This document shows, in pieces, positions 17,743 through 27,803 of a stretch of 64,000 bases of DNA (position 1 is its first letter; each line of letters begins with the position of its first letter). The stretch spans positions 2,883 to 66,882 of the forward strand of contig JAFVOS010000010.1 in NCBI GenBank assembly GCA_017505705.1. The letters are read 5' to 3'. The DNA comes from Alphaproteobacteria bacterium. Its GTDB lineage: Bacteria; Pseudomonadota; Alphaproteobacteria; Rs-D84. Under the pieces are notes generated by a model. That model ran no database searches. It was not told where the DNA came from and was given only the letters and a program-made list of their open reading frames with translations. Position numbers and translations under genes: made by a program.

Positions 17743-18138
17743 ATGAAAATCAATAAAATTACTGGCTTTATGCTGGGCAATGCAGCACACGCACCAGAAA
17801 ATGGCGACAAATGGTGTGATTATGATACAGACGTATATATTTGTGCCGACCTGGATTGCGCAAAGCAGATACTGGCAGAATCGCATAAAAACACGATGGG
17901 GCCAGCTGTTGTTTGGACAACCATATATCGTGTAAAGGCAAATGATATAAACTGTAACAAAATTCAAAACAACATCATTTGGACAAACCAACCAACCAAA
18001 ATCATCGTTGATGCGCCTGTATATTACAGCGCACCAAAACAAATAACAAATGCAGAAATTCTGAGTAAGGCAGCACATGTTTTGCCACAGTATTCAAAAT
18101 TAATAAACAATGCATACAGCGAGGAGAATGTAAGATGA
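17743..18138 (+). CDS. Hypothetical protein
   Basis: The ORF is tightly packed after the DUF2155 gene. No motif recognised. Confidence 0.45.
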   Translation: MKINKITGFMLGNAAHAPENGDKWCDYDTDVYICADLDCAKQILAESHKNTMGPAVVWTTIYRVKANDINCNKIQNNIIWTNQPTKIIVDAPVYYSAPKQITNAEILSKAAHVLPQYSKLINNAYSEENVR

Positions 18139-18440
18139 ACTTTATAAAAAAGTATTTTAAAATTTTGGTGGGCGCAGGTGTCTTAGTGGTTGTGTTATTT
18201 ATATTCACAATGTCAATGCGTTCGAATGATTTGACTGGGGGTACGCTTAAAAACTGGCCGTCTGCCAGCACAGATGAACGCAGTGCAACCATTCGCACAC
18301 TGGTTGGCAGCGACGAAAACACAGAATTACTGGTGGCGTGTGTAGATAAAATGGCAACATTGCCAGATTCTGAACAAATGACCGTCACAGATGCAGCACG
18401 ACTGTGTAATCTGGGGATACAGTTAAAACAAAATCTGTAA
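18135..18440 (+). CDS. Hypothetical membrane-anchored protein
   Basis: ATGA start/stop overlap; N-terminal TM helix ILVGAGVLVVVLFIFTM. Confidence 0.5.
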   Translation: MNFIKKYFKILVGAGVLVVVLFIFTMSMRSNDLTGGTLKNWPSASTDERSATIRTLVGSDENTELLVACVDKMATLPDSEQMTVTDAARLCNLGIQLKQNL

Positions 18441-18444
18441 TACT

Positions 18445-19134
18445 ATGAAAAAACTGTTGTTGTGTGTTTTTTTATTAACTGGTTGTGCAGGTGTTCCTGG
18501 AATTCCATCGGGTCAAGATTATATGGGTGCAAAATATATTCGTGATCCACTGGGGGAAGACAAGGCACCAGATACAGACCCACTGATACGTTTCGACGCA
18601 TTTGATTGCACAACATTTGTAGAAACAGTTTTGGCTGGGGGTGACGTCAGCAATCTGAATCAAATTCGATACAAAGATGGTAAAATCGATTTTCTGAACA
18701 GAAACCATTTTATTGAATCTGATTGGCTGACAAACAATGCAAATCGTGTCGAAAATGCAAGCCATCAATACGGCAAGACTAAAACACGCAAACTGACCAT
18801 AGACAAGGCAAAATGGTTAAAAAAAGTCCACAAGATTGACGCTGACTTTGCACCCCAGCCTGTTTCACTAGAATACATACCATACCGAAACCTGGTTCAG
18901 CCAGATAACACAGAAACAATGATAGTACTGTTTATCAGTGCTAATTCTGGCAGTGTTGACACAATTGGGACAGAATTGGCAGTCACGCATATGGGGCTGC
19001 TGTTGCCAGGCGGAACAACTCTGCGCCACGCATCATCAGCCGCCGGACACGTGGTGGATGCTGATTTTATGAAATATTCTGAACGCCGTCGTCAAATGGG
19101 CGAAATGGGTGTTGCACTGATAAAGATAAAGTAG
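18445..19134 (+). CDS. Lipoprotein, DUF1460 (amidase-like) family
   Basis: Lipobox LLTGC. The motif D..PL.RFDAFDCTTFVETVLA is typical of DUF1460. Confidence 0.55.
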   Translation: MKKLLLCVFLLTGCAGVPGIPSGQDYMGAKYIRDPLGEDKAPDTDPLIRFDAFDCTTFVETVLAGGDVSNLNQIRYKDGKIDFLNRNHFIESDWLTNNANRVENASHQYGKTKTRKLTIDKAKWLKKVHKIDADFAPQPVSLEYIPYRNLVQPDNTETMIVLFISANSGSVDTIGTELAVTHMGLLLPGGTTLRHASSAAGHVVDADFMKYSERRRQMGEMGVALIKIK

Positions 19135-19139
19135 GTAAA

Positions 19140-20264
19140 ATGACAGATAAAAATATCATTCATATGGACATGGGCGCAATGGTTGGTGACAACCCAAGTG
19201 ACAAGCGTGCGTTGTTGTGTCTGGGCATAGAATCTTCGTGCGACGAAACATCTGCGGCAATCGTAGATTCCAATCGCAATATTTTATCACATATTATTTA
19301 TTCACAAATTCCTGAACACCAAAAATATGGCGGTGTTGTGCCAGAACTGGCGGCACGTGCACATATTTTGGCAATCGATCAAGTCATTCAACAAACACTG
19401 GATCGGGCGGGGAAAACAATTGACGACATCGATGTGATTGCGGCAACAGCTGGGCCTGGATTGATTGGTGGGGTTCTGGTTGGATGGATGGCCGCAACGG
19501 GTATTGCCCAAGCGACAGGCAAACCGCTGGTTGCGGTTAACCACCTGGAAGGACACGCATTGGTTCCACGCCTGCATGCGTCATCTGCAAATGGCGCTGA
19601 TGGCCAAACAAACGTAGAGTTTCCATATCTGCTGATGCTGGCATCTGGGGGGCACTGTCAGATTTTACTGGTACGTGGTGTCGGACAATACGAGTTAATC
19701 GGTCAAACATTGGATGACAGTGCGGGTGAAGCCTTTGACAAGGTTGCAAAAATGCTGGGGCTGGGGTATCCAGGCGGACCAATTGTCGATAAATGCGCCC
19801 AATCTGGCAACCCAAAGGCATTCGCATTTCCACGTCCGCTGTGCGATAAGCCTGGTTGCGATTTTTCGTTTAGTGGCATAAAAACCGCCGCACGAACATT
19901 CTTGGATAAAAACAATACGCCACATGATGACGCTTTTATAAATGATTTTTGTGCTTCTTTTCAGGCGTCTGTGGTGGATTGTATTACAAACCGTTTAAAT
20001 AATGCCATGAATGACGAACGCATCAAAAATGCACTTCCAAAGACGCTGGTGGTTGCGGGCGGCGTGGCAAAAAACAGCGCTATTCGTAGTGCACTGGAAA
20101 AATTGGCCCACAAACATAACATGACATTTGCAGCACCACCAATGAATTTATGTACCGATAATGGCGCAATGATTGCATGGGCAGGAATCGAAAATTATCG
20201 CATTGGGCGTGTTGTAAAATCACCAATTGCACCCAGACCACGTTGGCCATTGACAGAAATGTAA
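19140..20264 (+). CDS. tsaD: tRNA N6-adenosine threonylcarbamoyltransferase
   Basis: LGIESSCDETSAAIV, VNHLEGH, SGGH, and GYPGGP. Confidence 0.93.
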   Translation: MTDKNIIHMDMGAMVGDNPSDKRALLCLGIESSCDETSAAIVDSNRNILSHIIYSQIPEHQKYGGVVPELAARAHILAIDQVIQQTLDRAGKTIDDIDVIAATAGPGLIGGVLVGWMAATGIAQATGKPLVAVNHLEGHALVPRLHASSANGADGQTNVEFPYLLMLASGGHCQILLVRGVGQYELIGQTLDDSAGEAFDKVAKMLGLGYPGGPIVDKCAQSGNPKAFAFPRPLCDKPGCDFSFSGIKTAARTFLDKNNTPHDDAFINDFCASFQASVVDCITNRLNNAMNDERIKNALPKTLVVAGGVAKNSAIRSALEKLAHKHNMTFAAPPMNLCTDNGAMIAWAGIENYRIGRVVKSPIAPRPRWPLTEM

Positions 20265-20265
20265 T

Positions 20266-21255
20266 CTATTTTTGTTTTTGTGAAAATGTGTCTGATGGGG
20301 TTGGTTTTTCAACACTAATCACTGATTCCATTTTCTTTTGCGAAAAGTGCATCTTGGCTGTATTATAGTTTCGAACAACTGCATCAAAATCTTCACGCAA
20401 CATTTGAATTCTGATATTGTTTACGTGCTTTGGATTTTTTAAGATTTCTATTGCAGACCATTTAAAGCTGTGCAGGGCATTGCGCAATGATGCAAGATAT
20501 CTGTTGGACACAACATTTATCGGTCTGGCATGTGGCAATGCGTTGAATTCAGCAATCAGGCGTTCTATATCCAGCCAACCCAGGCGTGCATAATTCCGAT
20601 AGAACATTTCGTTTGCGTTTTCATATTTAGCATCTGCAACATCGATAATAGAAAGCGTCTTTGTTGTCTTGTCATAAAATATATTATGTTCATTCATGTC
20701 ACCATGAGAAAATACAACAGATGCATCATTCAATGATTCTGCATCAAACAAAGCCTTGGCTTTTTTAAGCAAATCGATATCTGGTTTACGCAAATACTTA
20801 GCAATATGATTCAGCACATATGCAAATGTGAATTTTTTATCATCGCCTGCAACCGCTGCGGAATCAAAATATTCGGCCTGGTTCATCACAGGCATATATG
20901 TTGCCATATCATTGATAAAGTGCGCCAAACCACGATAAACCAAACTTATATCCTGGGGCGACAGCCCTTCTGCAAAGCTGGTTGTCAGCGGATGCCCGGG
21001 CACACGTTCTTCAATTGCGAACAGCTGGGCTGCTGACACTTCTAGCATGTGTGGTACAAAGTAATTTGGATTATGTTTTTCACGCATAAAATCTTGAATT
21101 TTTTGGGCAGATTTTTGCTTTTCTATCCACAATGTTTGTTGCTTGGCCCCGGGCGCATCATTTGGACGCTTTATCACCAGACCATCTGCCATATGAACAT
21201 TTGTTTCACGTGGAACATTGGTATTTATTTGTTGCAATTTATCCAGATTACTCAT
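20266..21255 (-). CDS. Phosphotransferase/kinase-like protein (APH family)
   Basis: VFSHGDMNEHNIFYD....LSIIDVADA catalytic-loop and DFG-like segment. Confidence 0.6.
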   Translation of the reverse strand: MSNLDKLQQINTNVPRETNVHMADGLVIKRPNDAPGAKQQTLWIEKQKSAQKIQDFMREKHNPNYFVPHMLEVSAAQLFAIEERVPGHPLTTSFAEGLSPQDISLVYRGLAHFINDMATYMPVMNQAEYFDSAAVAGDDKKFTFAYVLNHIAKYLRKPDIDLLKKAKALFDAESLNDASVVFSHGDMNEHNIFYDKTTKTLSIIDVADAKYENANEMFYRNYARLGWLDIERLIAEFNALPHARPINVVSNRYLASLRNALHSFKWSAIEILKNPKHVNNIRIQMLREDFDAVVRNYNTAKMHFSQKKMESVISVEKPTPSDTFSQKQK

Positions 21256-21299
21256 AAGATAACTCCATTAACTTATCAATCTAATTATACCAGAAAACC

Positions 21300-22532
21300 A
21301 TGCAAAAACCAGAACCTTTTGTCAAGCCAGACAATGTATTTAGTGTAACCGATGCAGCCAACCTGTTAAAGGGGGTTGTAGAAACCGCTTTTCCCCGCAT
21401 AAAAATTCGTGGGGAATTATCGCAAATAACACGTGCGTCGTCTGGGCATATGTATATGACAATCAAAGATGCTGGGGCTGCTATATCTGCGATTATATGG
21501 CGTGGAACACCATTGAACATAAAGCTGGAAGAAGGAATAGAAGTTATTGTCACAGGTCGCTTTACAACATACCCTGCACGCAGCAACTATCAAATCATTA
21601 TCAGCGAAATAGAAATGGCTGGCGTCGGGGCAATTTTAAAAATGCTGGAAGAGCGCAAACAAAAACTGGCTGCCGAAGGGTTGTTCGACCAATCAAGAAA
21701 AAAGCCCCTGCCCCATTTACCAACCAGAATTGGTGTTGTGACCAGTCCAACGGGGGCCGCATTCCAAGACATCCAAAACCGCTTGCGTGAACGTTTCCCG
21801 GTACAAGTGTTGCTGTACCCCGCAACCGTTCAGGGCACAACCGCCGCAGCTGAGGTTGCAGCCGGTATCGAATACTTTAACACCGCCAACAACGTTGATG
21901 TTATTATTGTTGCACGTGGGGGCGGAGCATTGGAAGACCTGTTGCCGTTTTCAGAAGAAGTTGTTGTGCGTGCCGCAGCCGCCAGTCACATTCCACTTAT
22001 ATCTGGTGTCGGACACGAGCCTGACTGGATGCTGATTGATTTTGCAGCAGACGTACGTGCACCAACACCCACAGGTGCCGCAGAAATGGTTGTGCCAACA
22101 AAAATTTCTTTGTTCCAAGAATTAGATAACATGTGGGCCAGACTGTCTGGCACATTTACAACCAGATTAATAAACGCAAAATCACGAATTGACGCAATCA
22201 GCATAAAAAGCCCAAAGCAGCTGCTGATGGAGCACATGCAGCGAATGGACGACCTGGGGCGAACAATGAACATATTAATCAGCAACAAGATTATGTCGGC
22301 CCATCAAAAAATGGATGTTGTTTCACAATTCCCAACAATACTGCAAAATCGTATGACACAATTAAATCAATCTGTGACACACATGGGACAAATGCTGCAA
22401 TCGTTAAGCTATAAAAGCGTTTTGTCACGTGGTTATGCGATTGTACGTGATGCAGATGGCAATATCATCAGTCGAACTGATGCGGGGGTGCCCGCCAGTA
22501 TCGAGTTTGCAGATGGCGTTGCCCAGTTATAA
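21300..22532 (+). CDS. xseA: Exodeoxyribonuclease VII large subunit
   Basis: FSVTDAANLLKGVVE..F....IRGELSQ, IGVVTSPTGAAFQDI, IIVARGGGALEDL. Confidence 0.92.
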   Translation: MQKPEPFVKPDNVFSVTDAANLLKGVVETAFPRIKIRGELSQITRASSGHMYMTIKDAGAAISAIIWRGTPLNIKLEEGIEVIVTGRFTTYPARSNYQIIISEIEMAGVGAILKMLEERKQKLAAEGLFDQSRKKPLPHLPTRIGVVTSPTGAAFQDIQNRLRERFPVQVLLYPATVQGTTAAAEVAAGIEYFNTANNVDVIIVARGGGALEDLLPFSEEVVVRAAAASHIPLISGVGHEPDWMLIDFAADVRAPTPTGAAEMVVPTKISLFQELDNMWARLSGTFTTRLINAKSRIDAISIKSPKQLLMEHMQRMDDLGRTMNILISNKIMSAHQKMDVVSQFPTILQNRMTQLNQSVTHMGQMLQSLSYKSVLSRGYAIVRDADGNIISRTDAGVPASIEFADGVAQL

Positions 22533-22559
22533 AAACGCCCCAATTGGGGCGTTTTTTTA
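22530..22559. terminator. Bidirectional intrinsic terminator
   Basis: acgcccc-aatt-ggggcgt followed by a T-run. Confidence 0.8.
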
Positions 22560-22958
22560 TCGAACGACGGTGTTGCCTAATAATATATACAAATTTGTAT
22601 TTTTACTTAATGTGGGCATTATCTTTTGACGACGCAAAGCCTGTCGAATGTCGCATTGCAAACGAACGCTGTCTAAAAAGCTTAAATCATCCCAGAATCT
22701 TGTGATTCCGCCCATGGTTATTGGCTGGTGTGGTATGCTTACAAAGCGCTTGTTTCCTATGCTGTACGAATATGCCATGACCAATGGAAAAGGTTCTTTG
22801 TTCGCAGTTTCGTATAACTTGAATTCTGTGCCAACTGGTATTGTTGGTATAGAATGCGCCAATGTAACAACCCGGGTTTCACCCAGGGCATTTTTAATGA
22901 TTACCTCTTGACAAAACGGTGGCTGAACGTCGACTTTGGCAACAGTGTATTTTTTCAT
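22557..22958 (-). CDS. Hypothetical protein
   Basis: 133-aa ORF 4 nt downstream of recN. No motif recognised. Confidence 0.45.
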   Translation of the reverse strand: MKKYTVAKVDVQPPFCQEVIIKNALGETRVVTLAHSIPTIPVGTEFKLYETANKEPFPLVMAYSYSIGNKRFVSIPHQPITMGGITRFWDDLSFLDSVRLQCDIRQALRRQKIMPTLSKNTNLYILLGNTVVR

Positions 22959-22962
22959 AAAA

Positions 22963-24615
22963 CTATCCTTTTATTAACGTTTTTGCCATTGTGATGGATT
23001 CTGGGGTAATTTCGGCACCACTGATTATACGGGCAATTTCATTAATACGTTCGTCTGTTCCTATTTCTGCAACAGATGTAGTGGTTTTGCCATCAGCAAC
23101 AGTTTTAGATATCTTGAAGTGTTTGTCTGCATATCCTGCAACCTGGGCCGAGTGCGTTATTACCAACGCCTGGGATGATGACGCCAAGCGATTCAGACGA
23201 CATCCAACCGCAGACGCCGTCGCACCAGATATGCCGGTATCAACCTCGTCAAAGACAAAGACATGTTCGTTTTCTGAGCCAGACAAAACAACACGCAGCG
23301 CCAACATTAAACGTGCCAATTCACCGCCAGACGCCGCACGATGCAACGCAGCAAATGGCGAGCCCGGATTTGTTTTTATCATAAACAAGACATCATCTGT
23401 TCCACTTAACGACGGCGATGTGTGTGATATTTCTACTGCAAAATCAGCCGACCCCAGCTTTAAATCTGGCAACTCTTGCAATATACAATCACGCATCTTG
23501 GATGCTGCAACGGTGCGAGCCGATGACAATTCAGACGCCAAGGCATTAAACCTGGCCAAGGCAGAATCACGCAATGCGCCAACACGTTTCAGTTCTGCAT
23601 CCGAATTATCCAGCGCATCTAATTGCGACGCCATCTCTTGCAGTTTTACAGGTAATTCGTCCGCCTGAACACGATGTTTGCGGGCAGCTGCACGAATTGC
23701 GAACAAACGCTCTTCGATGGAATCCATATCATCCACATCCATAGATTCTGGTTCCAGCGCCCCAACGACATCTGATATAATTTCTGCAGCGTTATATAAT
23801 TTATCAATTTGATCCGAATATGGATTTGGGTCTGTCTTGATACGTTGCAAAATATGCGCAACATTAAACAACTGAGCATCCAATGACGTGCCATGTCCAT
23901 TTAACATTTCCAGTGCATCTTTTAGTATTGCTGCATTCTTTTCAGCGTTCATCATCGCAGAACGACGATTAGACAACTCTTCTTCTTCACCGGGCGCAAC
24001 GTTCAAAGCTTTTAATTCCGCAACATTGTGTGCCAGAAAATCACGTTCTGATTCTGTTCTGGTTAACAAATCTGTTAATTCTGCAAAGCGAACCTCTGCG
24101 TCATGATATTGAGCGTACGCGTGTTTCGTATTTATAAGCAAATCTGAAAATCCTGCTATGTTTTTTTCAGCAAATCTGTCCAACGTTGCACGATGCGTAG
24201 ATGGATTTAACAAAGTATGATTGGCAAACTGGCCATGAATTTCAACCAACGCATCACCAACCGCTTTTAATGTACGGGCAGACACAGGAACATCATTAAT
24301 CCATGCACGACTTTTCCCATCTGTGGACAACGTGCGCCGCAAAATAACACCTTCTGATTTATCTATACCGTTTTCGGTCAGTATGTCATTTACAGCATTA
24401 CCACAATCGTCAAACACAGCCGTCACAGATGCCATATCACAACCATGACGTATTAATCCAGTATCAGAACGTGCCCCCAACGCCAACGACAGCGCATCTA
24501 ATAAAATACTTTTACCTGCACCTGTTTCACCGGTCAGAATATTTAGCCCCGCCCCAAACGACAAATTCAGGCGTTCAATCAAAACAATATTAGAAATACT
24601 TAAATTTATTAACAT
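22963..24615 (-). CDS. recN: DNA repair protein RecN
   Basis: LNILTGETGAGKSILLDAL Walker A, a long coiled-coil, and C-terminal ASGGELARLMLAL...FDEVDTGI. Confidence 0.95.
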   Translation of the reverse strand: MLINLSISNIVLIERLNLSFGAGLNILTGETGAGKSILLDALSLALGARSDTGLIRHGCDMASVTAVFDDCGNAVNDILTENGIDKSEGVILRRTLSTDGKSRAWINDVPVSARTLKAVGDALVEIHGQFANHTLLNPSTHRATLDRFAEKNIAGFSDLLINTKHAYAQYHDAEVRFAELTDLLTRTESERDFLAHNVAELKALNVAPGEEEELSNRRSAMMNAEKNAAILKDALEMLNGHGTSLDAQLFNVAHILQRIKTDPNPYSDQIDKLYNAAEIISDVVGALEPESMDVDDMDSIEERLFAIRAAARKHRVQADELPVKLQEMASQLDALDNSDAELKRVGALRDSALARFNALASELSSARTVAASKMRDCILQELPDLKLGSADFAVEISHTSPSLSGTDDVLFMIKTNPGSPFAALHRAASGGELARLMLALRVVLSGSENEHVFVFDEVDTGISGATASAVGCRLNRLASSSQALVITHSAQVAGYADKHFKISKTVADGKTTTSVAEIGTDERINEIARIISGAEITPESITMAKTLIKG

Positions 24616-24656
24616 AGTCAGATTATAGAAATCTTATGAACATATTTTCAAGTGTT

Positions 24657-25100
24657 TTATACACGCTCTAGCATCCAATTGTGTGTCCACAAAATATATT
24701 TTTCTATGCTATAGTCAGGATAAATCTGTCGAATAAGTTTTGCGTATTCTTGCAGCTGGTTTCTATAAACATCAATAAACACATCACGATTAACATCTGT
24801 TTTATAGTCTAAAATCCAAACAGTTTTATTCTGATTGTCAACCAACACTCTGTCGATACGACGACTGACAAAGCGATTGTTTACCAACCCTGCGATGGGC
24901 ACCTCTGTTTGTGCAAGTGGCGAAAACAACTTAATCAGGATTGGGTTCTGTAATATTTTTTCTATTAAGCCCCCGTCCCCTTTGTGTCCTTGGTCACTGA
25001 TAACAATACGCCCCAACTGTATGTGCATATGTGTTCCTGCATCAGTGGCATATTTTGTACGGTCTGCTTCGGATAATATTTGGTGTATATCATTAGACAT
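24657..25100 (-). CDS. addA: AddA C-terminal PD-(D/E)xK nuclease domain as a separate ORF
   Basis: GTHMH..L, EVPIAG.....FVSRRIDRVLV....VWILDYKTD (RecB-type nuclease motif). It overlaps the helicase ORF end in a different frame. Confidence 0.6.
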   Translation of the reverse strand: MSNDIHQILSEADRTKYATDAGTHMHIQLGRIVISDQGHKGDGGLIEKILQNPILIKLFSPLAQTEVPIAGLVNNRFVSRRIDRVLVDNQNKTVWILDYKTDVNRDVFIDVYRNQLQEYAKLIRQIYPDYSIEKYILWTHNWMLERV

Positions 25101-27717
25101 TGGCAATCCTGATCATATCTTCTGTTTTTTCAAGGTTTGGTATCTGGCTAAACACACGCCACAGCTGGGTATGCCACGCAACATCTGGGGCAGATTTATT
25201 GTTTGTAAAACCATAAATATACAGATTGTCACGTGCACGTGTCATTGCAACATACAGCAATCTGTAATATTCTGCCAACCTGATATTCATCAATTGACTG
25301 GCGGCGAACGCACGACGAACTGATTTATCGGCACGTGGCGACCACAGCCAAACCGGCCATCCGTCTTTCTTGCCAGATATTGGGATAATATTTTCCGCAT
25401 CAGGCGTTCGAACAGTGTCAACCAAAAATACCGCTGGGGCCTCTAACCCTTTGCTGCCATGGACGGTGACGATACGAACGCCGTCGGACGCATCCATGTC
25501 ACGCTTAATCTGGCTGTTGCCGGTAATAAAGTTTTTAAGAAAATGTTTTAATGTACCAGGATTTGTGCGCTCATACGCCAATGATATTGTAAGAAATTCT
25601 TCCAGTGGATCTATGACCTGGTCACCCAAGGCGGATATCATGCGTCCACGCATATTATCATGGTTTAAAAATTCACAAAAGAATGAATATGGCCCCATAG
25701 TTTTAGACCATTCAATAACAGTCTTTAAATCTTGATATATATCTGGGAACGCATCTTGCAAAATTTCAAAAACCGTTATTGGAGGGGTGTTTATATCTTG
25801 CTTTTTTCGGGCAAAATTTTCAGCATTTCGCAATTGGCATATTTTAAAAATATCCGCATAATTCAATCTATAAAACGGACTTCTTAACACGCAACACAAA
25901 CTGTAATCATCTGTGGTATCTAAGCAGAAACGAACCAAATTTAACATATCACGCACCGCTGGAAATTCCGGCAAAACAATTCTGTCACTGCCCGCAACAT
26001 CAACAGACAAACGCTTTAATTCTGCGACCAATCTTGGCGCCAAAGGATAACGGTTTTGAACCAACACCATAATGTCTTTTGGTTTGAACGAATTGGAATC
26101 TATCAGCTTTTTAATGTGCGCCGCTATGCGTTTGACATAATCCGACAGAGATACTTCATCTTGTTTTTTTGATTGCAGTTTATACAATTCGACACAGCCG
26201 ACTGCCCCCTGTCTGAAACACTTATGCGGATTATTTACAAAGCCCGATATGTCACGCAATTCTGCATCCGCAAAAAATGTATCTACTGCACACAGAACAG
26301 ATGACGTAGAACGAAAACTTTGCGTCAGGGGGACTTCACGTATTGTGCGCAAGTTCTGACTTATTTGCTCTGCGATTGCGGTGCGACTATACGAAAACGC
26401 CGCCGGATCTGCGCCTTGGAAGCCATAAATAGACTGCTTGCTGTCACCAACGACAAACAAAGAATGGGGATTTTGTATCGTATCACCGTCTACAAAAAAT
26501 TCCCCCGACAGCATACGCAAAATATCCCATTGTGCCGGCGATGTATCTTGGGCTTCGTCCACCAATATATGCGACAACGACAAATCCAGTTGCGACAACA
26601 CCCAACCCATAGTCTGTGGGTTTGAAAACAACTTCCTGGTATACAGAATCAAATCTTCAAAGTCCAAGACGTTCGATTCTGATTTTAATTTCTTGTATAC
26701 ATTTGCAAACGCACACGACAAATCAAACATTGCGACACTGTCATCAAAAACCATGCGATTAGCATTGTATTGATTCAATGCATAAACACGAGCCTGTTCT
26801 TCGGCCAAATAGTCCTGTTTGGCAACATTAGCAATCGGGGCCTGGTCAGCAGTTAGATAAGCAAATTTGTATTTTTCAAAATCTATAGTTTTATCAATAT
26901 ACTGTTTGGTTAAGTTAATAATTTTATCCAAGTATCCCGCCGGCTTTTTTCGTGTTTTTTGATCCGCATCAGCCAATTCTATGATTTTTTCCAGTTTTTT
27001 ATAATCACAATCCGTATTTACCACAGAATCCAATTCTAGGAATTTACAAGTTGTTTCAACAAAGTATTTGCGATATTTAACAATATTTTCAACATCAAAA
27101 AAATTCTTATATTGTTCACATAAACACTGTAATAAATCAGGCATTGAAAATTCTGATATACGTGAAACAATATGTGCAAATGCATCGTTGACATGACCGT
27201 CATTATCTGGCGAACTTATCAATTTATCAAACGCATCTTGCAACATAATACGTTGCATATCATCCGATATCAATGACCAGGCTGGCGACAGCCCTGCTTC
27301 GGTTGGAAAACGATGCAGAATCTCTTCACAAAAACCATGAATAGTTTTAATTTTTAAAATATCAGGATTATCAATATATCTAAAAAATATTTGTCTGGCA
27401 TACGAAATATCCTCTGGGCTCACATCCACATTTACTGATATCCCAGACAACAAATCTTTTAATTCTTCGTCTGTGCTTAGTGCCCACTGGCGCAATGCTT
27501 TTAATATACGATTGCGCATTTCGCCAGCACCAGCATTGGTATAAGTCAAACACAATATCCCCGAATTATCATTGTCAGGACTGCGAAATAAAATACGCAA
27601 CAAACGCTGGACCAAGACACTGGTCTTGCCAGTGCCAGCGTTCGCCTGGACCCATATGTTTTCAGCGGGGTTTGCCGCCAAATCCTGCTCTGGTGAAAGT
27701 CTTTGTTTTTCTGCCAT
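25093..27717 (-). CDS. addA: Double-strand break repair helicase AddA (UvrD-like helicase part)
   Basis: NIWVQANAGTGKTSVLVQR, ILCLTYTNAGAGEM, ILVDEAQDTSP, VGDSKQSIYGFQGA, VTVHGSKGLE, LLYVAMTRARD. Confidence 0.88.
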   Translation of the reverse strand: MAEKQRLSPEQDLAANPAENIWVQANAGTGKTSVLVQRLLRILFRSPDNDNSGILCLTYTNAGAGEMRNRILKALRQWALSTDEELKDLLSGISVNVDVSPEDISYARQIFFRYIDNPDILKIKTIHGFCEEILHRFPTEAGLSPAWSLISDDMQRIMLQDAFDKLISSPDNDGHVNDAFAHIVSRISEFSMPDLLQCLCEQYKNFFDVENIVKYRKYFVETTCKFLELDSVVNTDCDYKKLEKIIELADADQKTRKKPAGYLDKIINLTKQYIDKTIDFEKYKFAYLTADQAPIANVAKQDYLAEEQARVYALNQYNANRMVFDDSVAMFDLSCAFANVYKKLKSESNVLDFEDLILYTRKLFSNPQTMGWVLSQLDLSLSHILVDEAQDTSPAQWDILRMLSGEFFVDGDTIQNPHSLFVVGDSKQSIYGFQGADPAAFSYSRTAIAEQISQNLRTIREVPLTQSFRSTSSVLCAVDTFFADAELRDISGFVNNPHKCFRQGAVGCVELYKLQSKKQDEVSLSDYVKRIAAHIKKLIDSNSFKPKDIMVLVQNRYPLAPRLVAELKRLSVDVAGSDRIVLPEFPAVRDMLNLVRFCLDTTDDYSLCCVLRSPFYRLNYADIFKICQLRNAENFARKKQDINTPPITVFEILQDAFPDIYQDLKTVIEWSKTMGPYSFFCEFLNHDNMRGRMISALGDQVIDPLEEFLTISLAYERTNPGTLKHFLKNFITGNSQIKRDMDASDGVRIVTVHGSKGLEAPAVFLVDTVRTPDAENIIPISGKKDGWPVWLWSPRADKSVRRAFAASQLMNIRLAEYYRLLYVAMTRARDNLYIYGFTNNKSAPDVAWHTQLWRVFSQIPNLEKTEDMIRIANV

Positions 27718-27803
27718 TTATGCCCTTGCTTTATTGTTTGAATTTTAGTATAAATCCAAAAGGACTGCAAGTTATATAACATTGTTATTTTTAGGGGGAA
27801 AGA

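Noticed and set aside
22991-23668. A 225-aa plus-strand ORF.
   Set aside because: It is antisense to recN, which has unambiguous Walker and SMC-like motifs.
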